Position numbers and translations under genes: made by a program
Notes under the pieces: model-generated
The model's database searches: none
The model's input: only the letters and a program-made list of their open reading frames with translations
Told to the model about the DNA's origin: nothing
Part shown: piece by piece, positions 1 through 10,400 of the stretch
Position numbering within the stretch: position 1 is the first letter of the stretch
How the letters are laid out: each line of letters opens with the position of its first letter
From: an uncultured Acidipila sp.
GTDB taxonomy: Bacteria > Acidobacteriota > Terriglobia > Terriglobales > Acidobacteriaceae
DNA: 64,000 nucleotides
Direction: 5' to 3'
Assembly: GCA_937859835.1 (NCBI GenBank)
Contig: CALMAN010000093.1
Span: forward strand, 1,631 to 65,630

Positions 1-1034
1 CTCTTCCTGGCGCGCTGGCGCTGCTGCTTTCGCTTCCTTTCCTGGGCGACCTGCGCCACCCGGCCGCGCGGGTCGCTGATTTCCGCACCGGGCGCCCGGC
101 GCACCTGTTTACCACCGGGCTGCGCACTTCGGGCTGGGTCAAGGAACATGTTGTCCAGCCCCACTGGTGGCGCACCCCGCTGCTGCTGCTGGACGCAAGC
201 GCTACCTATGCCCTTGAGTTTGGCTTTTACCTGCTGGTGCTGGTTCTGGTTGCGCGCCGGCTCCAAGCCCGGCGGCGGCGTATGACCGAAGCGGAAACGG
301 CACTCTGCTACCTGCTTGGCACCACGCTGGTGCTGGCGACCTTTGTGCGCTCCGAGGCCATTCGCTCGAACGACTTCGGCATGCGCTCCATCCTGCTGGC
401 GCAGTGGGTGCTGCTGTTGTGGGCTGTTCCCATCGCGGATGCGCTGCTTCGCCGGCCGGCGCTTGCCTTGCAGTCCCGGCCCGCGCTCAAGCAATGGCTT
501 TTCGTGACGCTCGTGCTAGGCGCGTGTGCTTCCGCGTACGAGGTTGCCCTGCTGCGCTTCGCGGCGCCCCTCGACGCCCTTGCTGCGCCATCGCACCCAC
601 CGGTGGCGTGGCTGCCCGGGCTGCCTGACGGCGAGGCAAACTACTGGATCCGCTCCACCGAGTCGGCCCTGAACCGGCAGCTTGACCCTGGCACGGTGGT
701 CGAATACAACCCCTTCAACACGGCTGCCCTGCAAACCCTGATCTACGCGCGCGAGCAGCTCGCCGCAGCCAGCGCGGTGGACTGTGGCGCGCCTTTCGGG
801 GGCTCAGGGGTCGCATGCGAGAGCACCAAGCTCCAGCTTCGCGGCATCTTTGCAGCCGGCACTTCCGCGGTGGCGCCAGAGCGGCTCGATGCAGCCTGTC
901 GCTCCGCCTCGATCGATGTGCTGCTGGTGCAGGCTACCGACCCGGTTTGGCGAGCGCCGGACAGTTGGGTCTGGCAACGTGCCCCGCTGCTCGGCAACAG
1001 CTACATGCTCGCCTTCCGCTGCGGCGCGCGGTAG
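1..1034 (+). CDS. Integral membrane protein of unknown function, 5' end outside window
   Basis: The frame of tracked ORF 237..1034 stays open (no stop) back to nt 3, so the gene enters from upstream. The translation is Leu/Ala/Val-rich with hydrophobic spans (SILLAQWVLLLWAVPIADALL, WLFVTLVLGACASAYEVALL). Stop is TAG 1032-1034. No catalytic motif recognised. Confidence 0.55.
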   Translation, partial: LPGALALLLSLPFLGDLRHPAARVADFRTGRPAHLFTTGLRTSGWVKEHVVQPHWWRTPLLLLDASATYALEFGFYLLVLVLVARRLQARRRRMTEAETALCYLLGTTLVLATFVRSEAIRSNDFGMRSILLAQWVLLLWAVPIADALLRRPALALQSRPALKQWLFVTLVLGACASAYEVALLRFAAPLDALAAPSHPPVAWLPGLPDGEANYWIRSTESALNRQLDPGTVVEYNPFNTAALQTLIYAREQLAAASAVDCGAPFGGSGVACESTKLQLRGIFAAGTSAVAPERLDAACRSASIDVLLVQATDPVWRAPDSWVWQRAPLLGNSYMLAFRCGAR

Positions 1035-1354
1035 CGGCCGCTAACCTGCCGGGTGCAAGCATTGGTCGGATCAGGGGAGTCGCGCCCGGAGGCGAAACTT
1101 GGTTGGCCAGGGTCAGCGAGGAAGAGTTCGCGCCTAGGGCAGGGCGCGCTGAGGCACGGAAGCTGACGCTTTCGGAGCGGCTTCGGGGCGGAGCTTCTGG
1201 AGCCGGGATTCAGTTGGGGAGAAAGAGCGGTGGGCGGGGCAAACGCTGGGACCCAAGTCATACGCGGTGGTGCGCACGCGGCTGCAAGGAAATGCTCTCT
1301 TCACCACGGAAGCAGTGCCGGAACTGTGCATGGGGAACAGCGAAACGGAGGTGA

Positions 1355-1379
1355 CCCACATCTCGCGTTGAGATGTGGG
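1355..1379. terminator. Candidate bidirectional stem-loop between convergent genes
   Basis: Perfect 10-bp inverted repeat CCCACATCTC (1355-1364) / GAGATGTGGG (1370-1379) with a 5-nt loop. It lies 13 nt beyond the bactofilin stop (1393-1395, minus strand). No clean U-tract on either strand. Confidence 0.4.
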
Positions 1380-1392
1380 ATCCCCCTCCCGA

Positions 1393-1902
1393 CTAAAGCG
1401 AGGCGCCGACCTTGACCGGCTCCTGCGTCTTGCCGGCCGCCGCGGTCACGGTATCCGGCTTGCGGATGTCGATGCCACCCTTGAAGAACGCGCCGTCCTC
1501 GATCGAGATGCGCTGCGCGGCGACGTCGCCAGTCAGCGAGCCTTCGCTGCGGATGTCGACGCGGTCGCTGGCCGTCATGTTGCCGCGCACCTTGCCAAGG
1601 ACGACGATCTCGCGAGCCGTAATGTTGGCCGAAACCTGCCCGTTGCGGCCCACGGTCACGCGGTTGCCGGCCAGGTTGATGGTGCCCTCAATCTTGCCGT
1701 CGATGTAGAGCGACTCCGACCCGGAAACCTCGCCTTTGATTACCAGGCTTTTGCCGATAGTGGCCTGCTCGCCGGCCGCTGCCTGCGCACCGCCGGTCGC
1801 GGGGCGTGCTGCCGGCTCAAAGGCCGGGGTTGCCGGCGTAGCGGGACGCAAGGGCTCATTGGAGGTGGAGGGTGTGCTCGCTGGTTGATTCGGTTTCCAC
1901 AT
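1393..1902 (-). CDS. Bactofilin (polymer-forming cytoskeletal protein, DUF583 family) with Pro/Ala/Thr-rich N-terminal tail
   Basis: Core TIGKSLVIKGEVSGSESLYIDGKIEGTINLAGNRVTVGRNGQVSANITAREIVVLGKVRGNMTASDRVDIRSEGSLTGDVAAQRISIEDGAFFKG shows the repetitive beta-helix pattern typical of bactofilins. Confidence 0.9.
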   Translation of the reverse strand: MWKPNQPASTPSTSNEPLRPATPATPAFEPAARPATGGAQAAAGEQATIGKSLVIKGEVSGSESLYIDGKIEGTINLAGNRVTVGRNGQVSANITAREIVVLGKVRGNMTASDRVDIRSEGSLTGDVAAQRISIEDGAFFKGGIDIRKPDTVTAAAGKTQEPVKVGASL

Positions 1903-2117
1903 TGCTTCGGTACATCCTTTCGTCGCTGAGGCGTCGTTGGCTGAACGGTTAGGGACGCGTTCATGGTTGTTTCGGGAGTCCTGGCGATCTGCTTCTCGCT
2001 CACGGCCGCTCTGCTTGTCTTTCGGCGCAAGCGCCCGGTCCGTCGCCTACGTTGCATCTTAAACAGAGGCGGGGGCAAATGCACGCTGCCCGCTGCTTTT
2101 CATGCCTGCCCCCGCAT

Positions 2118-3968
2118 TCACCTTGGTACCCCGCCCGCGTCTTCGGCGCCTGCTCCCTGCGCGACCGCCGGTCCGGCAGGGAGGGTCCGGTTGGTGATCA
2201 GCAGCTTGCCGCCACTTTGGTCCAGGATCTGGAGGCTGCTTGTCCCCAGTAGGCTCTGGAAGCGCGCGAGCTGGTCGGCCCGCGCCACCAGGTAGTAGCG
2301 CCGCGGCTCAACCCACAGCAGCCTGAGCTTCGGGTCATCAAGAAAGACCGCCGGCGCACCCGGCGCGTTTGAGCCGTATTCGAGATTGTTCCAGCGACCG
2401 TTGAGCAGCAGTTCCGGCCGCCCGGTGTAGAAGGCGATCGAAGAAAACCAGTAGTAATGATGGTCAAAGATGATCGTTCCCGGCGCGCCCGCGAGGATGC
2501 GCCGCGCCAGGTCGCGTGACGAGAGCAGGGGATCGAACTTGACCATGGCCAGCCGCGCTGCCTGGAAGAACACCACCATCATGAGCGCGGCTGCAAGATA
2601 GGCGCGCGTCGCCCCGGCCCTGAACGTGCCAAAGGCGCCCAGCAAAGACGCCAGCGCCGCGATCAGCAGGGGGAGGCGGAGGTAGGCAAAGGAGTCGAGG
2701 GTTAGGTCTTCCATGTGGCCCAGCGACAGGGTGTAGGCCTTCGGGTGCCTGCTCAGCGCGGCGGTGATGTCGCCGGGTGTGGGCACATGCCGCACCGCGA
2801 ACAGGATGGCCAGGGCGGCCACAGCCGCCGAGCCCGAGACCGCGGCCAGGATGGCGGTGCCCCGGCGCGTCCAACTGTTTTCTGCCGCCATCGCTGAGCC
2901 AAGCAGCAGCGCCAGTGCCGGGTAGCAGGGCATGGAGTAGTACTCCTGCGTGGTCGAAAAGGTAAAAAAGACCAGAACAAATCCTGTCCAGCAAAGAGCC
3001 AGCAGATGCGTGCGTCCGGCCCGGTCGGTGGGACGGAACCCGAGCTTCACGACGGCCGGGAGGTACACGCTCCAGGGAAACAACCAGATAAGGTGAAAAA
3101 GCCAGAACCAGAGGCGAGGGACCGTGTTGTAGTCGCGCGGGTAGCGCAGATTCAGGAAGCGAAGCAGCTGCTCATTAATGAAGTAGAACCAGAGGAAGCC
3201 GTGGTAGTGACCCGGCATGCTCTTGAGCGTCCAGGCAAAGTATGGGGGGTTGCGCAGGGTTGCCAGGAGGTGCCATGGCGCTGCGATCAGCAGGAAGAGG
3301 ACGGTGCCGCCTAGCGGGCGCAGACGCTTCCAGCTGTTCCAGCGGAATAGCTGCCCGGTAAAGAGAAGGAACAGCAGGGCCGCAGCAAAGGGAAAAACGA
3401 TCCCGACCAGGCTCTTGAGCAGGAAGCCCAGCGCCAGGCTTCCGGAAAACACATACGCCCATGCCCGCGGGTGTGCCTCGTCCTCGTCCAAAACGCGCAA
3501 AAAGGACCACATCGCGAGCGCGATGGCAAAGGTCAGCATGACGTCAGGAATCAGAATGCGCGTAAACAGCCACAGGCCGACGCAGGTCGCCATGACCAGG
3601 CCGGCGCAGAAGCCGGCGCGCCGGCCGAAAGCCCACCTGCCAAAGGCGGCCGTCAGCCAGGCCAGGGCTACGGCAGACAGGGCAATGGGAACCCGTGCCG
3701 CCCAATCGTGCACGCCAAAGGCCTTAAAGGCCAGGATCATCAGCCAGTACACCAGGGGCGACTTTTCAAAGTACACGACGCCATCCTGCCGCGCGGTGAC
3801 CCAGTCATGCGAAAGGAGCATGTCGCGCGCGATCTGCGCTTGCACGGCATCGACGTCGTCCATCAGCGATGGCGGTGACACGATGGCAGTGAAGTAGATG
3901 AGGGCGGCCGCCAGCAGAACAACTACGAGGGAAACGTCCCAGCGTTTCCCCACTTTCGCACCATCCAA
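2118..3968 (-). CDS. Glycosyltransferase family 39 (ArnT/PMT-like lipid-linked sugar transferase)
   Basis: First-loop pattern SLMDDVDAVQAQIARDMLLSHDWVTARQDGVVYFEKSPLVYW matches the ArnT/GT39 signature (acidic DxD loop ... EKPPLxYW). More than 10 hydrophobic helices are followed by a soluble C-terminal domain. Confidence 0.85.
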   Translation of the reverse strand: MDGAKVGKRWDVSLVVVLLAAALIYFTAIVSPPSLMDDVDAVQAQIARDMLLSHDWVTARQDGVVYFEKSPLVYWLMILAFKAFGVHDWAARVPIALSAVALAWLTAAFGRWAFGRRAGFCAGLVMATCVGLWLFTRILIPDVMLTFAIALAMWSFLRVLDEDEAHPRAWAYVFSGSLALGFLLKSLVGIVFPFAAALLFLLFTGQLFRWNSWKRLRPLGGTVLFLLIAAPWHLLATLRNPPYFAWTLKSMPGHYHGFLWFYFINEQLLRFLNLRYPRDYNTVPRLWFWLFHLIWLFPWSVYLPAVVKLGFRPTDRAGRTHLLALCWTGFVLVFFTFSTTQEYYSMPCYPALALLLGSAMAAENSWTRRGTAILAAVSGSAAVAALAILFAVRHVPTPGDITAALSRHPKAYTLSLGHMEDLTLDSFAYLRLPLLIAALASLLGAFGTFRAGATRAYLAAALMMVVFFQAARLAMVKFDPLLSSRDLARRILAGAPGTIIFDHHYYWFSSIAFYTGRPELLLNGRWNNLEYGSNAPGAPAVFLDDPKLRLLWVEPRRYYLVARADQLARFQSLLGTSSLQILDQSGGKLLITNRTLPAGPAVAQGAGAEDAGGVPR

Positions 3969-4146
3969 CCTGCAGCTCCCGGACGCCGTTTGTTTTGAGG
4001 GTACATGAATGGAAGCAGGCTGCTCCGTGCGGAGGGAGAGGGTCGCCTGGCCGTTAGCTTAAGGGCGCCCGCTCTGCCCCGCCCCCCGCGGAGCCGATTG
4101 CGGCAGGTTTCCTTACCTCAACACCTCCCCATGCGCGTCTGATTGG

Positions 4147-5283
4147 GTGGTGTACGTTGAAGGTATTGTGAACGAGAACCCGTCTGATCGGAAGCTTGCC
4201 CGCTTGCTGAGGGGAGCGCTGCTGCTCCTGGCAATGGTTGTGCTACCTAATTCCGCGCCTGCGCAGGGCGTCGCCGCCGCACAGCCTCTTCTGCCGCCTG
4301 CCTTTGCAGGGCAGCCGCGTGAGGGCACGGCCGTGACCGGAAGCGCGCCCGAACTCGCCGACCGGGCACACGCCGGGGTCCTCAAGGAGGACGGCCTCCT
4401 CGAAGCCAGTACCGCGCATTACGCCGGCATGGGACCGGTGGGCTGGACAGTAACGGTTTTGCGCTTCGGCGATGCTACCGGCGCCTACAGCGCGTTCACG
4501 TTCTACCGGGACCCGGCGATGCAGCCGGTCTCGGTTGGCGACAACGCGGCAGCAGACGCGACCACGTTTCTGGTTCGCAGCAGTGCGACGCTTGCTATTG
4601 TCCATGCGGCGGGTCTGGCGGGGGGCGCAAACCAGGATGCGACCCACTTACAAACGGTGATGGCTGCCTTTGTCCAGGGGCTGCCGAAGTTGCGGGGCCC
4701 GGAAGGATCGCCGCCCAGCTTGCCCGGGCTGATGCCCGCCGACGGGCTGGAGGCAAACACCTTGCACTACGCCGTTGGGCCAGCCAGCTACAACGGCCCG
4801 GTTCCCGTCCAGGCGGTTGACTTCACCCGGGATGCGGAGGCGGCCGCCGCGCGGTATCGACTGCGCTCCGGCCAGTCGGCCGTGCTGACGTTGATCATGC
4901 TCCCGACGCCGCAGATTGCCGGTGCGACGGTGCGCGCGCTCCAAGCCCTGCCCGATGCCACGGTGCGCGTGGGTGTGAGGCGCACCGGCCCGCTGGTCGG
5001 CGTAGTTTCGGGCTCTGGGATTTCAGCCGCGGAAGCCGCGGGGCTGCTGGGGGAGATCCACTACGTGTCGGATATCACGCTGGATCAGCCCCAGGGCTAT
5101 ACGAGCGAGGTCGCCAAGGCTGCGAAACTGCTGCTCGGGATCGCGTACCTCACCGGCTTTCTCGCCCTTGCCGCGATCGTGATCGCGATCTTTCTTGGGG
5201 GCGGCCGGCTGCTTCTTCGCCGGATGCAGGGCAAGCCGGACTCGTCGCTGAACGACGATGAGTTCATCACTTTGAAGCTGTAA
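4147..5283 (+). CDS. Hypothetical secreted protein with C-terminal membrane anchor
   Basis: 378-aa ORF with an N-terminal hydrophobic signal-like segment (LLRGALLLLAMVVLPNSAPAQG) and a C-terminal TM (LLLGIAYLTGFLALAAIVIAIFLGG) followed by a basic tail. GTG start is uncertain. No family motif recognised. Confidence 0.55.
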   Translation: MVYVEGIVNENPSDRKLARLLRGALLLLAMVVLPNSAPAQGVAAAQPLLPPAFAGQPREGTAVTGSAPELADRAHAGVLKEDGLLEASTAHYAGMGPVGWTVTVLRFGDATGAYSAFTFYRDPAMQPVSVGDNAAADATTFLVRSSATLAIVHAAGLAGGANQDATHLQTVMAAFVQGLPKLRGPEGSPPSLPGLMPADGLEANTLHYAVGPASYNGPVPVQAVDFTRDAEAAAARYRLRSGQSAVLTLIMLPTPQIAGATVRALQALPDATVRVGVRRTGPLVGVVSGSGISAAEAAGLLGEIHYVSDITLDQPQGYTSEVAKAAKLLLGIAYLTGFLALAAIVIAIFLGGGRLLLRRMQGKPDSSLNDDEFITLKL

Positions 5284-5448
5284 ACACGCAGGGCGTCCCT
5301 TGCATAAGGGATGGTGCAAGCGAAATCGTTTTCTGCTCCAGGGCGTTGCTGGCAGGGACCATCCGCCCTGGTTTGCCCCTTGTAAAATCGCTGTCGCAAC
5401 CGGCTAAGTGATTGCATCGACGGTGTTTGCACCCAAATTGAATTTACC

Positions 5449-5477
5449 TTGACACCCCGGAAGGGGACCCATATTCT
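5449..5477 (+). promoter_or_regulatory. Sigma70-like promoter TTGACA-17-TATTCT
   Basis: TTGACA at 5449-5454, an exact 17-nt spacer, then TATTCT at 5472-5477, inside a 372-nt non-coding gap about 180 nt upstream of tRNA-Thr. Confidence 0.4.
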
Positions 5478-5529
5478 GCTGCGGGAAAGTTCCGGTGGCT
5501 TTGCCTCCACCTGAAACTATTCTCCTTAA

Positions 5530-5564
5530 GGGAAAGGCCACTCCGTTGCCGGGTGGCCTTTCCC
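5530..5564 (+). other. Strong stem-loop in the leader between promoter and tRNA-Thr
   Basis: Perfect 12-bp inverted repeat GGGAAAGGCCAC (5530-5541) / GTGGCCTTTCCC (5553-5564). Inner CCG/CGG pairing is possible. No U-tract follows. Confidence 0.5.
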
Positions 5565-5655
5565 ATCTTCGTGGCCGGCACTGCTTTACGGACAATCCTG
5601 CTCCCGGTAAGATGAAGGGGCGCCGCCTCCGCCCGAGCCGGCTTCGCGCACATAA

Positions 5656-5731
5656 GCCGACGTAGCTCAGCTGGTAGAGCAGCTGATTCGTAATCAGCAG
5701 GTCACCGGTTCAAGTCCGGTCGTCGGCTCCA
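5656..5731 (+). tRNA. tRNA-Thr (anticodon CGU)
   Basis: Cloverleaf read by eye. Acceptor GCCGACG/CGTCGGC, D-arm GCTCAGCTGGTAGAGC, anticodon stem GCTGA/TCAGC with loop TTCGTAA, T-arm ACCGG-TTCAAGT-CCGGT, encoded CCA. Confidence 0.95.
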
Positions 5732-5929
5732 GCAAGCGCGCTTCACTCGCCCCCGTGGAGCAGCAGTCAACGCAAGCGTGCGCTGCGCCGGGCCAACCAC
5801 TTGCTTCCTGCCGGCACAAGGTCCAGCAAGGGCTGTTCGATCTGCAAGCGGCAATGCCCAAAGCCAACCTCCTGCTCTCCGCCGCAGCGACGATCGTGAC
5901 GCACAAAAAGGGAAGCGTACTATCAACGG

Positions 5930-7306
5930 GTGCGCATCGCCCTTTGTTTGCTTGCCCTTCTAACCTGCTCTGCTCGTGCGGAAACGCTTGCACTGACGCA
6001 TGTCACCGTCATCGACGTGGCGAGCGGCACTACGCAGCCCGACATGACGGTTGCCGTCGACGGAAATCGGATCGTCCGTGTGATCCGCTCCACCGCGACC
6101 GAGCCCAAAGCGGCGAGGGTCGTGGACGCGAAAGGGCAGTTTCTTATTCCGGGCCTTTGGGACATGCACACCCATGTCTTTTTTGATAAGACCGCGGCCG
6201 ACGGTACCGATCTGATCCTGCCCCTCTTTCTCGCCAACGGGGTTACGGGTGTTCGCGATATGGGCAGCGATCTCAACCTGGTCCTCAACGCCCGGGATGC
6301 GATCGCCGCACACCGGATGTTCGGTCCGCGCATGGTCGTCTCCGGCCCCATGCTCGATGGCCCCAAGACTCCGTACAAGGCTGCTATCGCCGTTGCCACG
6401 CCAGAAGAAGGCCGCAGGGCTGTTGACATGCTCAAGAGTCGCGGCGTGGACTTTATCAAAGTGCAATCCTACGTGCCGCGCGAGGCGTACTTCGCTATCG
6501 CAGACGAGGCAAAGAAAGACGGGATCGCCTTTGAGGGCCACGTTCCCGATGCTGTCCGAGCATCCGAAGCGATCGCCTCGGGACAGCGAACCTTTGAGCA
6601 CCTTATCGGTATCTTCGAGGCCAGCTCGCCCGACGAAGATACATATCTCACCGGTAAGAAGTCTCCGGGTATGTTTCTTGCGACGTATGATCCCGCTCGA
6701 GAAAGACGGATCATCTCCCTGATCGCCAACGCTCACGTCTGGCAGTGCCCAACACTCTACTGGGAGCGAGGACAGTGGCTGGTCGACGTCATCGATTACA
6801 AGATGGACCCGGACATTGCGTACGCCGCGCATAGCTGGGTCACGCAACTTTGGCCCGCATCGCAAAAGGCGATTGAGCAGTCGCTCGACACGGACCCTCT
6901 TCCGGTACGAGAAAAGTTTGTTACCCATGAGCTCACGATCGTCCATCGGCTACAAGAAGCACAGGCGCCGTTCATTGCCGGTACCGATACGCCCGCAGGC
7001 GTCGATGTGATTCCCGGCATCAGCCTCCATCTTGAGCTGCAGCGCCTGGTTGCAGCCGGCTTCACGCCGCTCCAGGCTCTCCAGACTGCCACGCTCAATC
7101 CAGCGCAGTTCTACGGCCGGCTCAATGATTTCGGCTCGGTTCAGCCCGGCAGGATCGCGGACCTGCTGTTACTTAGGGCTAACCCGCTCAACAACATAGC
7201 AAACACCCGTTCGATTGCAGGGGTTGTCTACGACGGGCGCTACTTATCTTCACATGACATCGATCAGCTCCGCGAGAAGCTCAAGAAACTCGCCGCCACG
7301 AGGTAA
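5930..7306 (+). CDS. Secreted metal-dependent amidohydrolase family protein
   Basis: Signal peptide MRIALCLLALLTCSARA. N-terminal pattern THVTVIDV...DGNRIV...DAKGQFLIPGLWDMHTHVF (HxH metal site) is typical of the amidohydrolase superfamily. Confidence 0.85.
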   Translation: MRIALCLLALLTCSARAETLALTHVTVIDVASGTTQPDMTVAVDGNRIVRVIRSTATEPKAARVVDAKGQFLIPGLWDMHTHVFFDKTAADGTDLILPLFLANGVTGVRDMGSDLNLVLNARDAIAAHRMFGPRMVVSGPMLDGPKTPYKAAIAVATPEEGRRAVDMLKSRGVDFIKVQSYVPREAYFAIADEAKKDGIAFEGHVPDAVRASEAIASGQRTFEHLIGIFEASSPDEDTYLTGKKSPGMFLATYDPARERRIISLIANAHVWQCPTLYWERGQWLVDVIDYKMDPDIAYAAHSWVTQLWPASQKAIEQSLDTDPLPVREKFVTHELTIVHRLQEAQAPFIAGTDTPAGVDVIPGISLHLELQRLVAAGFTPLQALQTATLNPAQFYGRLNDFGSVQPGRIADLLLLRANPLNNIANTRSIAGVVYDGRYLSSHDIDQLREKLKKLAATR

Positions 7307-7458
7307 GTCCTCTCGACTTTCTCAGTGAGTGTGCCCGGTCCTTCGTGCACTGTTCTGACGAAACGATCATCCTCCATGGAACAAGGTGGCGGAGGTGACG
7401 TGTCTCGGCCAGGCGAGCCGCTGCACCTCCGAATCCGACCTTTGGCTGTCGACAGAGC

Positions 7459-10400
7459 TCAGAACTCAAAGCGAACCGAACCTCGACCATAGGTCGCACG
7501 CTGAAAAGCAAGAGGCTTGAGGAAATCCACGTTCGGGTCGCCGTAGGAGAGGGCGCTATCCTGGTCTACCGCGGTAAGTGAGCGGGAATCCGTGATGTTG
7601 AACGCATCAAAGGCCAGCTTTAGATTGTATTTCTCCCCCAGCTTCACCGGATAGTCTGTATGGAGATCCAGCTGATAGTTGGAGGCATTGCGACCCTCAG
7701 AGCCACGGCCCCCGAGCGGGATCTCTCCGGCATTTTGGTAGACGGGATGCGCTCCGAAGTTTGAGATAGGCTGCCCAGAGCTGGCTCGCAAGCCTAGACC
7801 TGCGGTCAGCCTCTTCCCGAAGCCCTCGGGCACCACGTAAGAGCCGTAGATGTTGCCTACCTGGCGCCGGTCTGTATTCAGGTACCCCGGTGTGTACTGG
7901 GAGCCAAGCATTCCCAGCACACCCTGGGTGAAGTCGAAGAGAGAGCTGATGCTTGGATCGGATTGGCCATTATCATTGCGATAAAGACCCTCGTAGTTGC
8001 CAAACAGTTTGGCCCAGCGGTAGTTCACCCGGAGTAGAAAGTTATGGCTGAAGTTCTTATTGGCTTCTAACTCCACCGCCTGATAGTGACGGCGTGCGTT
8101 TGGCTCGCCATCCACTTTCCCATCGGGCACTGGCACACCCACGTTGGGTCCGCTGAAACCGCACACGCCGCCCTGTCCTGCGATCTGCCCGGCGCTGTTA
8201 AGGAACGGCTTGTTGCCGTAAGCCACATTGTAGTTTTGCGGACAATTGGCCGGAGCGCCGTCGTTGGGAAGAGCTGCGTTGAAGGTGTACGGGACTTCTA
8301 CTTCGTTGGTGAAGTAATCCGAAGTAGCGCTGGGGTTACCGATCAAAAAGTCTTGAGGAGCGTAACCGCTAAGATTGCCTTCCGGCGAAGCACCGGATTG
8401 ATCTTCAATGATGCGAAGCAGACGGCGATCACTGTAGCGGGCGCTGAAGACAAAGCCGGCGTACTGCTTCTCAAGGCCGCCGACATACTCCTCTTCGTAG
8501 TCCAGTTTGGTCCTTGGCTGGATAAGTTCCGGGAAGCTGCTGCCACTGAAAGAGACCGCAGATCCCTCAGCACCGGCTGCCGGCACACCACTTATGAGGT
8601 GAGCGGAGTCAAGGATCGGGTTCACGGTTCCGTTGGCATTGAGAACGACATTGTTGTTCGCGTCAGCTTGAGGGGTCCAGTTCGCACCGCCAATGTCCTC
8701 CTCTTGACCGAGGGAACGGATGGCCGCGTCTTCCGTCAGCAGCTGGGTGTAGCGTCCCCAGTTGAAGAAGATCTTTTGCTTGCGATCCCCGAGGGGGTCG
8801 ATGTTGACACCGAGCCGGGGAGACCAGTTGTCGTTAAAGACGTACGACTGCTGCACTCCACTCAACCGTTCCTGGTCCCAGCGGAGCCCGGCATCGATGG
8901 TGATCCTGTTCCCGATCGCCCACTGATCGTTGCCCCACACTACGTTGTAGCTCATGCTTGAGGGGACAACTGGATTACTGAAAATGCCCCGCACCTGATC
9001 GAGGTACACCTGATTCCTCGTTCCGGGAAGGTACGGGCAGTACTGCGGGGGGCAGCTCGGATCCGCAGGTTCCAAGTTAAAGGAGGCCCCGGTTGTTGAC
9101 CCCGCAAGGGGAGCGGGAATCGCTAGACCTGCCGCGTTCGCAGTCGGAAAGGTGAAGTCTGCCCCGCTGTAAGCTTTATCCAGATCATAGATGCTGTGCA
9201 GGAAGCTATAGCCAACCGACAGAGTATGATGCTGCCCCAAAAAGCTGATGGTCTTTTCTGTGTCTGCGTTGAAGCTGTAATCACGGCTATTTGGATTCTG
9301 TGTAAAGCCGAGCCCTTGCGCGTTGTATTCGGCAGGCTGGATGAAGTCGGTATAGTCGGCGATCTGGTAAACGTTCTGGAGCCCTACCTCTGTGAAGTGA
9401 CTCTTCTTGGCCGAAGCCGCGATGTTGAAGTCCCAGGTGGAGGATGGCGTTCCTGTAATGTGGAGCGACTCGCTGCGACTGCCATAGTTAAGCCGGCTGA
9501 AGTTGGTATCGTTTGTTAGATATAAGTTTGGGTAGTACGGGAACGTGTCTTGATTGACGTAACCGTATCCAGCGTTGGTGCGGGACGGGTCTCCAAAAGC
9601 GGAAGCGTCTACGATGAGAGCGTCGCTGGCGCGAAAGCTGACCTTGGCAGCCCAGCTATTGACGGTGGTGTTATTGGAGTAGGGCCCATTGACCGACAGC
9701 GTGGGAGCCGAAGGATCGGTTGAAGCGGGCGAAATCCAGTTGTACTGGTTGAGCGCGGGGTTGTAAGCGCCATAGAAGAAAAGCTTGTCGTGGGTGTACT
9801 TGCCTGGAACGTAACCGCCGATCTCAACGGCTCCGTCGTACTGAGGCTGAGAAAAGACCCGCCCATGCGTGTTGACGCGATTGAAGTAGTTATCGGCGTA
9901 GCGCTGAGCTCCGCTCATGATTTCAGGCGCGAAGTAGGACGAAAGCGCTCCGTGGTAAGTGGTGCCTCCCGACTTGGTGACGATCTGAACGACACCGCCA
10001 TCCGCGGCGCCGTACTTCGGCTCAAAGGCTGCGGTCTTTACCTGGACCTCCTGAATAAAGGTCAGGTTGATCCCCGTGCCGAGCGAGCCGTAGGTCGGGC
10101 TGTACACACCAAGGCCCCCGTACCCTGCGTCCCCTACGCTTACGCCGTCAGCATAGTATTGGTTTTCAAGGCCGCTGGCCCCGCCGATGGAGGGGTTTGA
10201 AGTACCTGCACCGCCGCTATTCACCACCCCCGGAGATGTCGCAAACAGGCTGCCAACGTTGCGAGCCACCGGGACCGCGTTGTAGAACTGATCGGTAAGA
10301 TTCGAACCGATTGCGGTCGAGCCTGTATCGATCTCCGTGGTGGTTGCGTCTACCTGCACTGTCTCAGCGACTGCGCCCGGTTGGAGCGTCAAAGCGACGT

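Noticed and set aside
1035-1392. Possible tmRNA or RNase P RNA, suggested by GGAGGCGAAACTTGG resembling a tmRNA 5' end.
   Set aside because: There is no tRNA-like 3' end (no GGTTCGAATCC...CCA), no tag-peptide reading frame, and no RNase P conserved GGAAAGUCCGGGC-type element on either strand.
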